This document shows, in pieces, positions 10,235 to 20,552 of a stretch of 64,000 bases of DNA. The notes under the pieces were generated by a model that saw only the letters and a list, made by a program, of their open reading frames with translations, did not search any database and was not told the DNA's origin. Where the stretch lies: contig OZ242010.1 of the NCBI GenBank assembly GCA_965204745.1, positions 1,696,001 through 1,760,000 on the forward strand, read 5' to 3'. This DNA comes from Candidatus Latescibacterota bacterium. GTDB taxonomy: Bacteria > Latescibacterota > UBA2968. The stretch's first letter is position 1. Each line of letters opens with the position of its first letter. The translations under genes were made by a program, and so were the position numbers.

Positions 10235-13200
10235 ATGATGCCTCGCTACGCTCACTTGTTGGCCCTGGTCATGCTGGTGGCATCGGGGCCTGCTTTTGCC
10301 CAAACCCCCGTCGACTACGACTTGGACAACGACAACTACATTGATGTAACCAACCTCGCCCAACTCAACGCCATCCGCTACGACCTCAACGGCGACGGCG
10401 CGCAAGGCACCGTCAATGCCAGCGATTGGATAAACTACACCACCGCATACCCCAACGCAGCCTCCAACATGGGCTGCGCCTCTACCTGCACCGGCTACGA
10501 ACTCATCGCAAACCTTGACTTCGACAGCGACGCAGACGGCGATGTGGACGCCAGCGACCACGGCGGTGCTTACTGGAACAGCGGCGCAGGCTGGGCTCCC
10601 TTCGGCATTGCCCTCAACAGATACACAGGCGATTTCAAGGGCAACGGACACACTATCAACAACCTGTTCATCAACCGCACCGCCGATAACACCTTTGATG
10701 TAGGACTATTTGGCGTTACCAACTCCACTTCCCGCATTGAAACCCTGGGCGTAACCAACGCCGATATTAAGGGAAACAACTTTGCCGGCATTCTGGTCGG
10801 TAGCAATTACGGCGAAATTGTTGCCTGTTATACCACCGGCACAGTACAAGTTAACCAACATGGCGGTGGATTGGTTGGCTACTCGGAAGGATCTATCCAC
10901 TCCGGCTACTCCACCGCATCCGTCAGCGGAACGAACTTTGTCGGCGGCCTATTGGGTCAGCGGTGGGACGGCAACGTAACAAATTCCTACTCCACCGGCA
11001 ATGTCAGCAGGTCCAGCGGAACACTGACAAACATCGGCGGGTTAATAGGGTTTAGTCGTCCGGGAGCCTCAGGTAGCGTTACTGCTAGCTACTGGAACAC
11101 CCAAACCAGCGGCTGTACATCCGGCGGTAGCAACGGCTGTACAACCAGCGCAGGCGGCACGGGCAAGACGACCAGCGATCTCCAGAGCCCCACCACCTAC
11201 GGTGCCACCGATAGCGACACCTACTACAACTGGAACGCCAACCTCGACGGACAATCCGGCAATGACGACCCGTGGACCTTTGGCGCGGCGGATCAGTATC
11301 CGGTCTTGAAGTATGCCGGCATGGATACCACCGTGCAGTATAACTTGCAACCGCCGGGCATTCCGACAAGTGTGACAGTGACATCAAATGCGGACACCTT
11401 GTACGTGCGCTGGCGTGCGGCGAGTTATGCGACGGGGTACAAAGTGCAGTGGAAATCCGGCGCGCAGAGCTACGACGCCTCGCGTCAGGCCACCACCACA
11501 GAGACGTTCCACAAAATTCCCAACTTGATGGTGGGGACGACCTACACAGTGCGTGTCATTGCCACCAAGACCGGTGCGCGCGATGACACACCCTCGGCCG
11601 CGGTCACGGGCGTCTCGGGGGGCACTAATTACGATGGCGATGGCGATGGCCTCATCAATATTAAGACGCTGGCGCAACTCAATGCCATACGATGGGATCT
11701 CAACGGCGATGGGGTCGTAGCCGATAGCGATACCATGAACTACAACGCCGCCTTTCCCAACCACGACACCACCAGTAGCGGCCGGATGGGTTGCCCTTCC
11801 GGGACATGCACCGGCTACGAATTGCTCAACAACTTAGACTTTGACCAGAACGGCGATGGCGCAATCACCTCAGCAGACGCCACCTACTGGAATAGCGGCG
11901 CAGGCTGGGCTCCCATCGGCTCCGACGCGAACGCAAGCACCAGATACTCAGGCAATTTCAAAGGTAATGGCTACACTATCAACAACCTGTTCATCAGCCG
12001 CAACACCAACTACCAAGCGCTGTTCGGTAGCACCACCTCCCGCATCGAGACCTTGGGCATCACCAACGCCAATGTCACGGGAGGCGACTTTGGCGGCATT
12101 CTGACCAGCGCCAATCGCGGCGAAATCGTCGCCTGTTACACCACCGGCAGTATGACGGGCACCAATATTGTTGGTGGATTAGTCGGCTGGTCTGAAGGAA
12201 CTATCTCAACCAGTTACTCCACTGCTTATGTCAACGGAACTCAGCGTGTCGGCGGTCTGCTAGGACTAAAGGCGGCCGCCGGTGCTATAACAAACTCCTA
12301 CGCCACCGGCAGGGTTACCAGCTCCAGCACAACGACAACAACTATCGGCGGGTTGGTAGGTGAGGCACTTTCCGGCACAGGCAACGTAAGCAACAGTTAC
12401 TGGGACACCTCAATCAGCGAGCAGACCACCAGCGCAGGCGGTAGCGGCGTTGTTGGCAAGACCACTAGCGAGCTCCAAAGCCCCACCACCTACGGTGCCA
12501 CCACCAACGACACCTACTACAACTGGAACGCCAACCTCGACGGACAACCCGGCAGCGACGATCCGTGGACCTTTGGCACGTCGAGTCAGTATCCGGTCTT
12601 GAAGTATGCCGGCATGGACACCACCGTGCAATTTGCGATACAACCCGCGATAGTGACGTTGGCACTGATGCCCTCGTCGATCTCGGAAAGCGGCGGGATG
12701 AGTACCGTGACCGCGACGCTGGCACGGTCGTTGAGCGCGGTGACGACGATCACGGTGCGCCCGGTGGCGGGTGCTTACACGGTGGGGTCGGATACGACGA
12801 TCACCATCGCGGCCGAGCAAACCGCGAACGCGTCGGACACGGTGGTCATCACAGCGGTGGACAATACCCGAGACGAGCCTGATCGCGACGTGACCGTGTC
12901 CGTTGTGGCGGGCACCTCCCATGGCGCGGGCAGTGTGACCGCGACTTTGAATTTGACGCTGGAGGACGACGACCCTGCACCGACAGCGACGTTGGCGGCG
13001 TCACCGGCGTCGATTTCGGAGAACGGCGCGGTTTCGACGATCACGGCGGCACTATCGCGTCCATCGAGCGCGGCGACGACGATCACGGTGCGCCCGGTGG
13101 TGGGTGCTTACACAGTCGGGTCGGATACGACGATCACCATCGCGGCCGGGGACACGATTAACGCGTCGGACACGGTGGTCATCACAGCGGTGGACAATCC

Positions 13201-16054
13201 CCAAGACGCGCCTAATCGCAACGTGACCGTGCCCGGTGTGGCGCGCAACGCCCAAGGCGCGGGCAGTGTGACCGGTGCGGATTTGACGATCACAGACGAT
13301 GAGGCCGCACCGACCGTGACGATGGTTGTGTCCCCGGCGTCGATTTCAGAGACGGTTGAGGTTTCGACCGTGACGGCGACCCTATCGCACACGTCAAGCG
13401 CGGCGACGACGATCACGGTTTCCGTGCCTACATCATCCGACTACACGCTAAGCACGCCGAACACGCTGACCGTCGCGGCGGGCGAGTCGACGAGCACGGG
13501 CACCGTGACGATCACGACGGTGAACAACAATATCGCTTCGGGCAACAAGACGGTGACCGTGACGGGCACGCCAACCAATAGCGTGGGCGTAATGTCGTCG
13601 GTCACTGATGCGACACTGACGATTACCGATGACGACGTGGCGCAGGTGACGTTGGTTTTGTCGCCTGCGTCAATTTCGGAGAATGCCGAGGTTTCGACCA
13701 TAACGGCAACGCTAGATCGCACCGCGACCGCGGCGACGACGATCACGGTTTCAGCGATGGCTGTATCGCCTGCGGATGCGGATGACTTCACGCTATCGAG
13801 TGCGGACACGCTGATCATCGCGGCGAGTGCGACGACGAGCACGGGCGCCGTGACGATCACATCGGTGAACGATACGACCGATGCGCCGGACAAGCGCGTG
13901 ACCGTGTCTGCAACGGTGCAGGGTGGCAATGGGGCGTCGCTATCGTCTGCCGTGACCCTGACGATCACAGATGATGAGGCCGCGCCGGACGTGGCACTGA
14001 CGCTGTCGCCCGCGTCGATTTCGGAGGCGAGCGGTGTTTCGACGATCACGGCGACGCTGTCGCATGCGTCGAGCGAGGCAACGACGATCACGGTGCGTCC
14101 GGTGGCGGATGCCTACACGGTGGGGTCGGATTCGACGATCACCATCGCGGCCGGGAGCACGGCGAACGCGACGGACACAGTAGAGATCACGGCCGTGGAC
14201 AACGCGACCGATGCGCCGAACAACGATGTGACCGTGTCTGTTGCGGTGAGCAATGACCAAGGCGCGGGCAGTGTGACCGGCATGGATTTGACGATCACAG
14301 ACGATGAGGCCGCGCCGGACGTGACACTGACGCTGATGCCCGCGTCAATCTCGGAGGCCGGCGGCGTGAGCACGGTGAGCGCGACGCTGGCACACCCATC
14401 GAGCGCGGCGACGACGATCACGGTGCGCCCAGTGGCGGATGCCTACACAGTGGGGATGGATTCGACGATCACCATCGCGGCCGGGGACACGACGAACTCG
14501 TCGGACACGGTGGCACTCACCGCCGTGGACAACGACATAGACGCAGCGGACAACGCCGAGATGGTGCAGGCCGCTGTGGAGAACGACCACGGCGCGGGCA
14601 ACGTGCAGGCTGTGACGCTGACGATCACCGATGACGACGATGCGGCGATTGACGTGTCGGCGATGACCACGACGACCGTCAGGCTCCAGACGACAGAGTC
14701 GGGCAGGACAGCGACCTTCACGGTCACGCTCGCCACCGAGCCGACGGGGGACGTGGCACTCTCGGTGGTCAGTTCAGACACGACGGAAGGCACTGTATCG
14801 CCTGCGGTGCTGACCTTCTCATCGACAACATGGAACACCGCGCAGACCGTGACAGTGACCGGGGCGGACGATGCCCCCTTCGATGGCAACCAGAACTATA
14901 CGGTCACCCTTTCGGTGAACCAGACGGATACGCAGGACGCCAACTATGACGTGCTCTCCGCGATCAGCGTGTACCTGGTCAACCGCGACAACGATTTTGG
15001 CCTGAACATAAGCGCGGTGACTGGGCAAGCGACAGAGGCCGGCGCCTCGGCGACCTTCACGGTGGCCCTGCTGACGCAACCCACGGCGGCGGTGACGGTT
15101 TCGGTGACGAGCCAAGACCCGAGCGAGGGGCGGGTTGAGCCTGCGATGCTGACCTTCACGACGTCAGGCTGGAACACGGCACAGACCGTGACAGTGACCG
15201 GGCAGGACGACCCCATCGACGACGGGGACGTCCCCTGGACGGTACGACTCGACCCGTCAAGCGGCGATACCAACTACAACACCCTTTCGGACGAGGACGT
15301 TCCAGTGACGACGACCGACGATGAAGATGCGCCGACCGTGACGTTGGTGCTGATGCCCTCGTCCATCTCGGAAAACGGCGAGGTTTCGACGGTGAGCGCG
15401 ACCCTATCGCACCCATCGAGCGCGACCACGACGATCACGGTCTCTGCTACGCCTGTGTCCCCTGCGACTGCGAGCGACTTCACGCTATCGAATGCAGACA
15501 CGCTGATCATCGCGGCGACGACCACAACGAGCACGGGCACCGTGACGATCACCGCAAAGGACAACAACGACCAGGCAGACGAGAAGATGGTCAGGGTGTC
15601 TGCAACCGCAAACAACGCCCAAGGCATCACCGCACCCGCACCCGTGACCCTGACCCTGACCGATGACGAAAGCCCGAGTGCCAACTTGGATGTGGATGGC
15701 GATGGCCGGGTGAGATTGTTCTCGGATATAATCCTGGTCATTCGATACGTCCTCTTCTTCCGGGAAGAGGCCCTCCTCAGAGGGAACGTCATCGAGCCAA
15801 CTGCCACGCGCAAGACCGCTCAAGAAATTGAACCCTACCTCGACACGTTGGTCAATCAGAACATTCTCGATGTGGATGGCGATGGCGATGTGAGGCTGTT
15901 CTCGGATATAATCCTGATCATTCGATACGTCCTCTTCTTCCGGAACGAGGCCCTCCTCAGAGGGAACGTCATCGAGCAAAATGCTACGCGCACGACCGCT
16001 CAAGCCATTGAACCCTACATCCGAAGCCTCTATCCCGACTCCCACTTCCAATGA
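10235..16054 (+). CDS. Giant secreted/surface repeat protein: signal peptide, two GLUG-motif-like domains, Fn3, Calx-beta/Ig-like repeats, two dockerin-like C-terminal repeats
   Basis: AFA signal cleavage site; duplicated LAQLNAIR.DLNGDG...VGGLVG domains; GYKVQWK...YTVRV (Fn3); repeated ISE.G..STVTATL...TITDD; tandem LDVDGDG.VRLFSDIIL.IRY units 180 bp apart; 1939 aa. Confidence 0.85.
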   Translation: MMPRYAHLLALVMLVASGPAFAQTPVDYDLDNDNYIDVTNLAQLNAIRYDLNGDGAQGTVNASDWINYTTAYPNAASNMGCASTCTGYELIANLDFDSDADGDVDASDHGGAYWNSGAGWAPFGIALNRYTGDFKGNGHTINNLFINRTADNTFDVGLFGVTNSTSRIETLGVTNADIKGNNFAGILVGSNYGEIVACYTTGTVQVNQHGGGLVGYSEGSIHSGYSTASVSGTNFVGGLLGQRWDGNVTNSYSTGNVSRSSGTLTNIGGLIGFSRPGASGSVTASYWNTQTSGCTSGGSNGCTTSAGGTGKTTSDLQSPTTYGATDSDTYYNWNANLDGQSGNDDPWTFGAADQYPVLKYAGMDTTVQYNLQPPGIPTSVTVTSNADTLYVRWRAASYATGYKVQWKSGAQSYDASRQATTTETFHKIPNLMVGTTYTVRVIATKTGARDDTPSAAVTGVSGGTNYDGDGDGLINIKTLAQLNAIRWDLNGDGVVADSDTMNYNAAFPNHDTTSSGRMGCPSGTCTGYELLNNLDFDQNGDGAITSADATYWNSGAGWAPIGSDANASTRYSGNFKGNGYTINNLFISRNTNYQALFGSTTSRIETLGITNANVTGGDFGGILTSANRGEIVACYTTGSMTGTNIVGGLVGWSEGTISTSYSTAYVNGTQRVGGLLGLKAAAGAITNSYATGRVTSSSTTTTTIGGLVGEALSGTGNVSNSYWDTSISEQTTSAGGSGVVGKTTSELQSPTTYGATTNDTYYNWNANLDGQPGSDDPWTFGTSSQYPVLKYAGMDTTVQFAIQPAIVTLALMPSSISESGGMSTVTATLARSLSAVTTITVRPVAGAYTVGSDTTITIAAEQTANASDTVVITAVDNTRDEPDRDVTVSVVAGTSHGAGSVTATLNLTLEDDDPAPTATLAASPASISENGAVSTITAALSRPSSAATTITVRPVVGAYTVGSDTTITIAAGDTINASDTVVITAVDNPQDAPNRNVTVPGVARNAQGAGSVTGADLTITDDEAAPTVTMVVSPASISETVEVSTVTATLSHTSSAATTITVSVPTSSDYTLSTPNTLTVAAGESTSTGTVTITTVNNNIASGNKTVTVTGTPTNSVGVMSSVTDATLTITDDDVAQVTLVLSPASISENAEVSTITATLDRTATAATTITVSAMAVSPADADDFTLSSADTLIIAASATTSTGAVTITSVNDTTDAPDKRVTVSATVQGGNGASLSSAVTLTITDDEAAPDVALTLSPASISEASGVSTITATLSHASSEATTITVRPVADAYTVGSDSTITIAAGSTANATDTVEITAVDNATDAPNNDVTVSVAVSNDQGAGSVTGMDLTITDDEAAPDVTLTLMPASISEAGGVSTVSATLAHPSSAATTITVRPVADAYTVGMDSTITIAAGDTTNSSDTVALTAVDNDIDAADNAEMVQAAVENDHGAGNVQAVTLTITDDDDAAIDVSAMTTTTVRLQTTESGRTATFTVTLATEPTGDVALSVVSSDTTEGTVSPAVLTFSSTTWNTAQTVTVTGADDAPFDGNQNYTVTLSVNQTDTQDANYDVLSAISVYLVNRDNDFGLNISAVTGQATEAGASATFTVALLTQPTAAVTVSVTSQDPSEGRVEPAMLTFTTSGWNTAQTVTVTGQDDPIDDGDVPWTVRLDPSSGDTNYNTLSDEDVPVTTTDDEDAPTVTLVLMPSSISENGEVSTVSATLSHPSSATTTITVSATPVSPATASDFTLSNADTLIIAATTTTSTGTVTITAKDNNDQADEKMVRVSATANNAQGITAPAPVTLTLTDDESPSANLDVDGDGRVRLFSDIILVIRYVLFFREEALLRGNVIEPTATRKTAQEIEPYLDTLVNQNILDVDGDGDVRLFSDIILIIRYVLFFRNEALLRGNVIEQNATRTTAQAIEPYIRSLYPDSHFQ

Positions 16055-16242
16055 AAGCCTGTTCCCTGACCGCCACAGATGAAGATGGCGATGAGAACAC
16101 CCTGAGTTTCTTCCTCACCATCAGCGCGAACGTGGCACCGTCCTTTGGCGATGCGAGTGTGAATGCACTGGCCTATATGCGGAAGCAAGAGATCGAATTC
16201 CTTTTCCTCATCTTCGCCGCCGGCTTTGGCTCGCCAGGCTGA
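16051..16242 (+). pseudogene. Fragment of an Ig-like repeat from another surface protein
   Basis: SLTATDEDGDENTLSFFLTISANVAPSFG resembles a putative-Ig repeat junction; too short to be complete. Confidence 0.45.
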
Positions 16243-16257
16243 ACGACGAAAGACGCA

Positions 16258-16302
16258 AAAAAGTAAAGCCCGGGTTCACAGTGAACTCGGGCTTTACTTT
16301 TT
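16258..16302. terminator. Bidirectional intrinsic terminator
   Basis: AAAAAGTAAAGCCCGGGTTCAC-a-GTGAACTCGGGCTTTACTTTTT. Confidence 0.85.
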
Positions 16303-16567
16303 GAAATTGGAACCTACCCCCTAGCCCCGTTACTCGCTACGTTTCGTTGTAGGCTACGCCTGTGCCTACGAGGAAGATACAAGGGGAATAACATCTCTCC
16401 GTTGCGGGGAAGAGCCGGAGGAGGGACATCCATCGTTCGTTTTAAGACAAGTTCAAGGGCGATTCTATAAGGGATGACTCGTTCATGTCTTTGGATGATT
16501 GACCGCGGCTTGCTTCTTACTCGCTTTCTACTCTTAATTCGCATTGACAACTGACCACTGACAACTC

Positions 16568-16596
16568 TTGACCACCGTTCTTTTTTTCGCTATACT
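16568..16596 (+). promoter_or_regulatory. sigma70-type promoter for the amidohydrolase-Rieske pair
   Basis: TTGACC-17 bp-TATACT. Confidence 0.65.
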
Positions 16597-16724
16597 TGTC
16601 ATTGTCTTTTCTCAATGATTTTGTCGTGCAGTTCATTTTTTGAGGGCCGTTCGCCAGACGAGATTGTGGCTATTTTGAAAGCCGATTTGGCAACGATGTA
16701 GCGCGTCTGACACAGGAGGATAAC

Positions 16725-17837
16725 ATGCCTGCAACAGCAACAGTGCGGCGCACAAATGGCAGGGTCAAGTCCCTGACAAAGATGAAAATCGTGGATTGCG
16801 ATGTCCACCATTCTCCGGGCAAGGGCGATGCGCTGTATCCCTATTTGCCGCGCCACTTTGTCGAGTACATCAAGGACTTTGGCGCGATGATGCCCAAGCT
16901 CGGATATACCAACATGCCCGGCGGGGGTGCGCGGATCGACCTGTGGGAGAATCCAAAGGAAAATCCCGCGCATCAGCCAGAGGCTTGCATCGAGAAGCAC
17001 CTCGATGTCTATGATATCGACTATGCGGTGCTCACGGGCGGGCCGTACGCCGCGGCGGTTCACACGAACCCGGACTACGCATCGGCTTATTGCAGTGCGT
17101 TTAACGATTGGACAAAGGATCATTGGATCAGTGCCGATCCCCGGTTTCGGGCTTCGATTCACATTTGCCCGGTGGATCCGCAACTCGCGGTAAAGGAAAT
17201 TGACCGCTTGGGACCGGATCCGGCTTTTGTGCAGGTTATGATGCCCGCAGGGGCGCGCATGCCGTTTGGCAACCGGCATTACCATCCCATTTACGAAGCC
17301 TGCGAAAGACACGGCTTGCCCGTCTCGGTTCACTTTGGGGGCGAAGGCGCGGGGCTTGCGGCGCCGCCCACCGCAGCGGGGTATCCCACTTATTACCTCG
17401 AGATGCGGATGGCGCGGCCCCAAATTGCACAGGCCCACGTCACCAGTTTGGTGGTGGAAGGCGTGTTTGAGAAATTTCCGGATTTGCACTTCATTTTTGT
17501 GGAAATGGACACGTTTTGGTTGCCGGGTCTGATGTGGCATTTGGACCTGGACTGGCGTGCGTTGCGCGACTACACGCCTTGGGTCAAACGCCTGCCGAGC
17601 GAGTACATCCGCGAACACATCCGCTTGGGCACGCAACCCATGCCCGATATACCCGGCGGCAAAGCGGACTTGGAGACGTACTTGCGCTGGATGCACGCCG
17701 AAGACACGCTCGTTTTTGCCAGCGATTATCCGCACTGGGATTGGGATGAACCGGGCCACGTTCTCCGCAATATTGACTTTGAGTTGAAAAAGCGCATCAT
17801 GGGCGAAAATGCCGCTGAAATTCTCGGGCTTTTCTGA
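16725..17837 (+). CDS. Amidohydrolase family protein (Amidohydro_2)
   Basis: DCDVH, AFNDW, PIYEAC, FEKFP and FASDYPHWD motifs; AGGAGG RBS. Confidence 0.9.
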   Translation: MPATATVRRTNGRVKSLTKMKIVDCDVHHSPGKGDALYPYLPRHFVEYIKDFGAMMPKLGYTNMPGGGARIDLWENPKENPAHQPEACIEKHLDVYDIDYAVLTGGPYAAAVHTNPDYASAYCSAFNDWTKDHWISADPRFRASIHICPVDPQLAVKEIDRLGPDPAFVQVMMPAGARMPFGNRHYHPIYEACERHGLPVSVHFGGEGAGLAAPPTAAGYPTYYLEMRMARPQIAQAHVTSLVVEGVFEKFPDLHFIFVEMDTFWLPGLMWHLDLDWRALRDYTPWVKRLPSEYIREHIRLGTQPMPDIPGGKADLETYLRWMHAEDTLVFASDYPHWDWDEPGHVLRNIDFELKKRIMGENAAEILGLF

Positions 17838-18196
17838 TGTCGAAACACAGGGTCGCAAAAATAGCGGACTTGCCCCCGGGGGAGCGCGTCATCGTGACGG
17901 TCGAGAACCGCGAGATCGGCGTTCTCAATGTGGGTGGCGCGCTTTACGCGCTCCGCAATGTCTGCCCCCATCGCTTGGGGCCGCTCTGCAAGGGCCGCGT
18001 CCGTCCCCTGGTCGTGTGGGAAGGCGAGACCAATATCGGGCATGAACGCGAGGACGAGATCATCAAGTGCCCGTGGCACAACTGGGAGTTTGACCTGAAG
18101 ACCGGCAAGTCCATTACCGATGATTCCCTGCGCGTCCGCACGTACCGCGTAGAGACCGAGGGCGAGGATGTCGTGCTCTATCTAAATGGCCGGTGA
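17837..18196 (+). CDS. Rieske [2Fe-2S] ferredoxin
   Basis: CPH...CPWH ligands; coupled to the upstream gene by TGATG. Confidence 0.92.
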   Translation: MSKHRVAKIADLPPGERVIVTVENREIGVLNVGGALYALRNVCPHRLGPLCKGRVRPLVVWEGETNIGHEREDEIIKCPWHNWEFDLKTGKSITDDSLRVRTYRVETEGEDVVLYLNGR

Positions 18197-18245
18197 AGGT
18201 ATTCGCGAACTGCTTGGCGCGATGCGGAGACGGACTGCTGTTTTA

Positions 18246-18658
18246 GGTCGTGTTGACATTTTTTTTAACGTTATGCACAGATTAGCAAATGTGTTGCTTG
18301 CTCATTTAAGGCGTTTGGTCCTACAGCCTCGTGGGTTGCCTCCGATGCCTTCGGCGACTTACTTTTTTTCAACAGCAAAAAAAAGTAAGCAAAAAATGCC
18401 GCTCTCAAACGCCGAGAGGCTTGCACAGCGCAAAGCGCTTTTGTAATCGCACGATATGCGTCAGCCTGCAAAGTGGGTTGCAAGATGGACGTTGGTTGCG
18501 AGACGGCCTTGCGCGCTGTGCGTGATGGCTTTAGCTGATGGTCTGTTGTGATGGCACTTGTTGGGATGCCTTATCTGAACTGCGGAACGTCAGGGAGGGC
18601 TTGATTTTCTTGATAAACCGCTCAAGCCGTTGCATGGCTCGTAAATGTCAACACAATC
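18246..18658. mobile_element. MITE with IS5-like terminal inverted repeats and TA target duplication
   Basis: TA|GGTCGTGTTGACATT ... AATGTCAACACAATC|TA; subterminal sequence shared with 43772-44048; no transposase. Confidence 0.75.
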
Positions 18659-18741
18659 TAGTACAAGGACGGGCACAGGGGCCTGTCCCGAAGGTTGATG
18701 GAGGGCTGGGTGGACTGACTCCTTTTCCAAAGAGCGATTTT

Positions 18742-19509
18742 ATGCAACTGACTTTTAGCACCACTGTTTGTCCGGATTTGCTGTTGCCCGATGCGTTGCG
18801 CGTTGCGAGAGAAGCGGGGTTTCGGCGCATTGAACTCTTTCGCGCCTGGACCGAGAGTTCGCCCGTCCACGCGGATACCTCCGTGCGGATGGTGCGCGAG
18901 CGGCTGGACGATGCGGGGGTCGCGCTGACGGGCCTCAATATTCGCAACCTCACGGGGTGTAATGCCAATGGGGAGCGCGACTTGAGATACAATTTGCGGC
19001 AGGTCGAATGGGATATCCACCTCGCGCGCGCCCTGCGCCTTCGGTGTGCCAATCTCAAGGGCGGGCAGCGCACGGACGAAGCGCGGGAAGATTTTGTTGC
19101 GGGCATCAATTACGCACTTGACCGCATTTCGGATTTCACGCTCAACTTGGGCAATCACAAGGGCAATTTGCTCGAAAATATCGCGGATTACGAGCGCGTT
19201 TTGCCCGAGCTTCCGGACCGCGCCAAAGTGCTGATGGATACCGGGCATCTCCTTTCCGCAGGGGTTGATGTGCGCGATTTTGCAATGGCGTTTGCGGATC
19301 GCATCGGCGCGGTTCACCTGCGCGATCAAAAGGGGGAGACGCCCGTGCCCTTTGGCGAAGGGGATTTGCCGTTTGAAGATGTGATCGGCATTCTCAACGG
19401 TGCGGGGTACGATGGCGATCTCGTTATCGAACTCGAAAATGTCACTTGGGCCGAACCCGCTGAAGCCTGCGCTGTTGCGCGTGAATACGTGGAAAATATC
19501 CCGTCCTAA
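18742..19509 (+). CDS. Sugar phosphate isomerase/epimerase (xylose isomerase-like TIM barrel)
   Basis: FST..CP, AGF..IEL, MDTGH, HLRD, GEGDLP and GYDG...IELE motifs. Confidence 0.85.
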   Translation: MQLTFSTTVCPDLLLPDALRVAREAGFRRIELFRAWTESSPVHADTSVRMVRERLDDAGVALTGLNIRNLTGCNANGERDLRYNLRQVEWDIHLARALRLRCANLKGGQRTDEAREDFVAGINYALDRISDFTLNLGNHKGNLLENIADYERVLPELPDRAKVLMDTGHLLSAGVDVRDFAMAFADRIGAVHLRDQKGETPVPFGEGDLPFEDVIGILNGAGYDGDLVIELENVTWAEPAEACAVAREYVENIPS

Positions 19510-19536
19510 ATGTACCCACCGCTTGCCTGAGAGCCT

Positions 19537-19935
19537 ATGCCCCACGCACTGGGCAAACATCTGCTCGTCGATTTGTACGGTTGCCCGACCGGTTTGCTCA
19601 ATGATGTCGCCGCGCTCGAAACGATTATGGTCAAAGCGGCCCACCGCGCAGGTGCCACGGTTCTCAATACCAACTTCCATCGTTTTTCGCCCTGCGGCGT
19701 GTCGGGTGTTGTCGTGATTCAGGAGAGCCATCTGACCATCCACACATGGCCGGAGCAAGGCTTTGCAGCGATTGACTTGTTCACCTGTGGCAAGCAGACC
19801 CGACCGAGACGTGCGTTGACCTACTTAAAACGCGCGCTCCAATCCAAGCACAGCGAGGTGCGACGACTCACGCGCGGGGAAAAAAATGAAAGCCCGACAA
19901 GAGAAGGAAAACCCCATGCCTATTCCCGTTATTAA
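19537..19935 (+). CDS. speD: S-adenosylmethionine decarboxylase proenzyme
   Basis: GKHLLVDLYGC, ESHLTIHTWPE self-cleavage site, IDLFTCG. Confidence 0.93.
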   Translation: MPHALGKHLLVDLYGCPTGLLNDVAALETIMVKAAHRAGATVLNTNFHRFSPCGVSGVVVIQESHLTIHTWPEQGFAAIDLFTCGKQTRPRRALTYLKRALQSKHSEVRRLTRGEKNESPTREGKPHAYSRY

Positions 19936-20080
19936 TGCACGAGCTACGACAAACGAAAGACTGGCAAAACTCGAGGCCCTCGTAGCCCAACTGGATGAGC
20001 ACTTCGACAATCTGGAGCAAGGCCAGCGTTGGATCATTGGCCTCCTGTTCACCATTACCATTTTGGTCAAAATGCCTTAA
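19916..20080 (+). CDS. Small hypothetical coiled-coil/membrane protein
   Basis: Short ORF with heptad-like segment and hydrophobic C-terminus; AAGGA before ATG 19916. Confidence 0.35.
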   Translation: MPIPVINARATTNERLAKLEALVAQLDEHFDNLEQGQRWIIGLLFTITILVKMP

Positions 20081-20097
20081 CCTCGGAGAAGTGACAA

Positions 20098-20376
20098 ATG
20101 TCTGTTCACAAAATTTTGAATAGCCTAGGCCTACATGAAATCGGTAGTTTGCTCATCAAGCGGGGCACGGCCATGGGGCCATTGGTCCCATCACTTTTGA
20201 TCAGCCCGGTATTGCTATTTTTTGGTTGGCTTTTTGAATCGACACTTGTGATCGGCGGCGTTCCTCTCATTACCGTCGCATTTGTGCTCGTCGCATTGTG
20301 GCTCATAATCAACTACATTCGCCACTATGCGCGGTTTGCAAAGCATGATCCGGATCGGCTCCAGTCCGAGGAATAG
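20098..20376 (+). CDS. Hypothetical two-TM membrane protein, possibly truncated
   Basis: GGAG RBS; two hydrophobic segments; ends abruptly at DPDRLQSEE*. Confidence 0.45.
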   Translation: MSVHKILNSLGLHEIGSLLIKRGTAMGPLVPSLLISPVLLFFGWLFESTLVIGGVPLITVAFVLVALWLIINYIRHYARFAKHDPDRLQSEE

Positions 20377-20552
20377 CGACAGTTGCTGGATTATCTCTCA
20401 AAAGCGACTTAGAGCACTGGCAAGATCCAATAACACAAAACGCCCGTCAAGTGGTGCATAACTGCGGTAGCAGTTCATTCCGACGGGCGTTCTCGTTTGG
20501 ACATGTACGCACGGGCGATGTCGTAGCCCATTCCAAATCCACGGGAGCAAAT

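Larger units (their letters stand above)
9435..16544. mobile_element. Non-autonomous cassette bounded by ~68-bp inverted repeats with IS982-like termini; carries the giant surface protein
   Basis: 9435-9502 is the imperfect reverse complement of 16478-16544; TGACA directly repeated at 9430-9434 and 16545-16549; terminal 19 nt match 45275-45293 at 18 positions. Confidence 0.75.
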
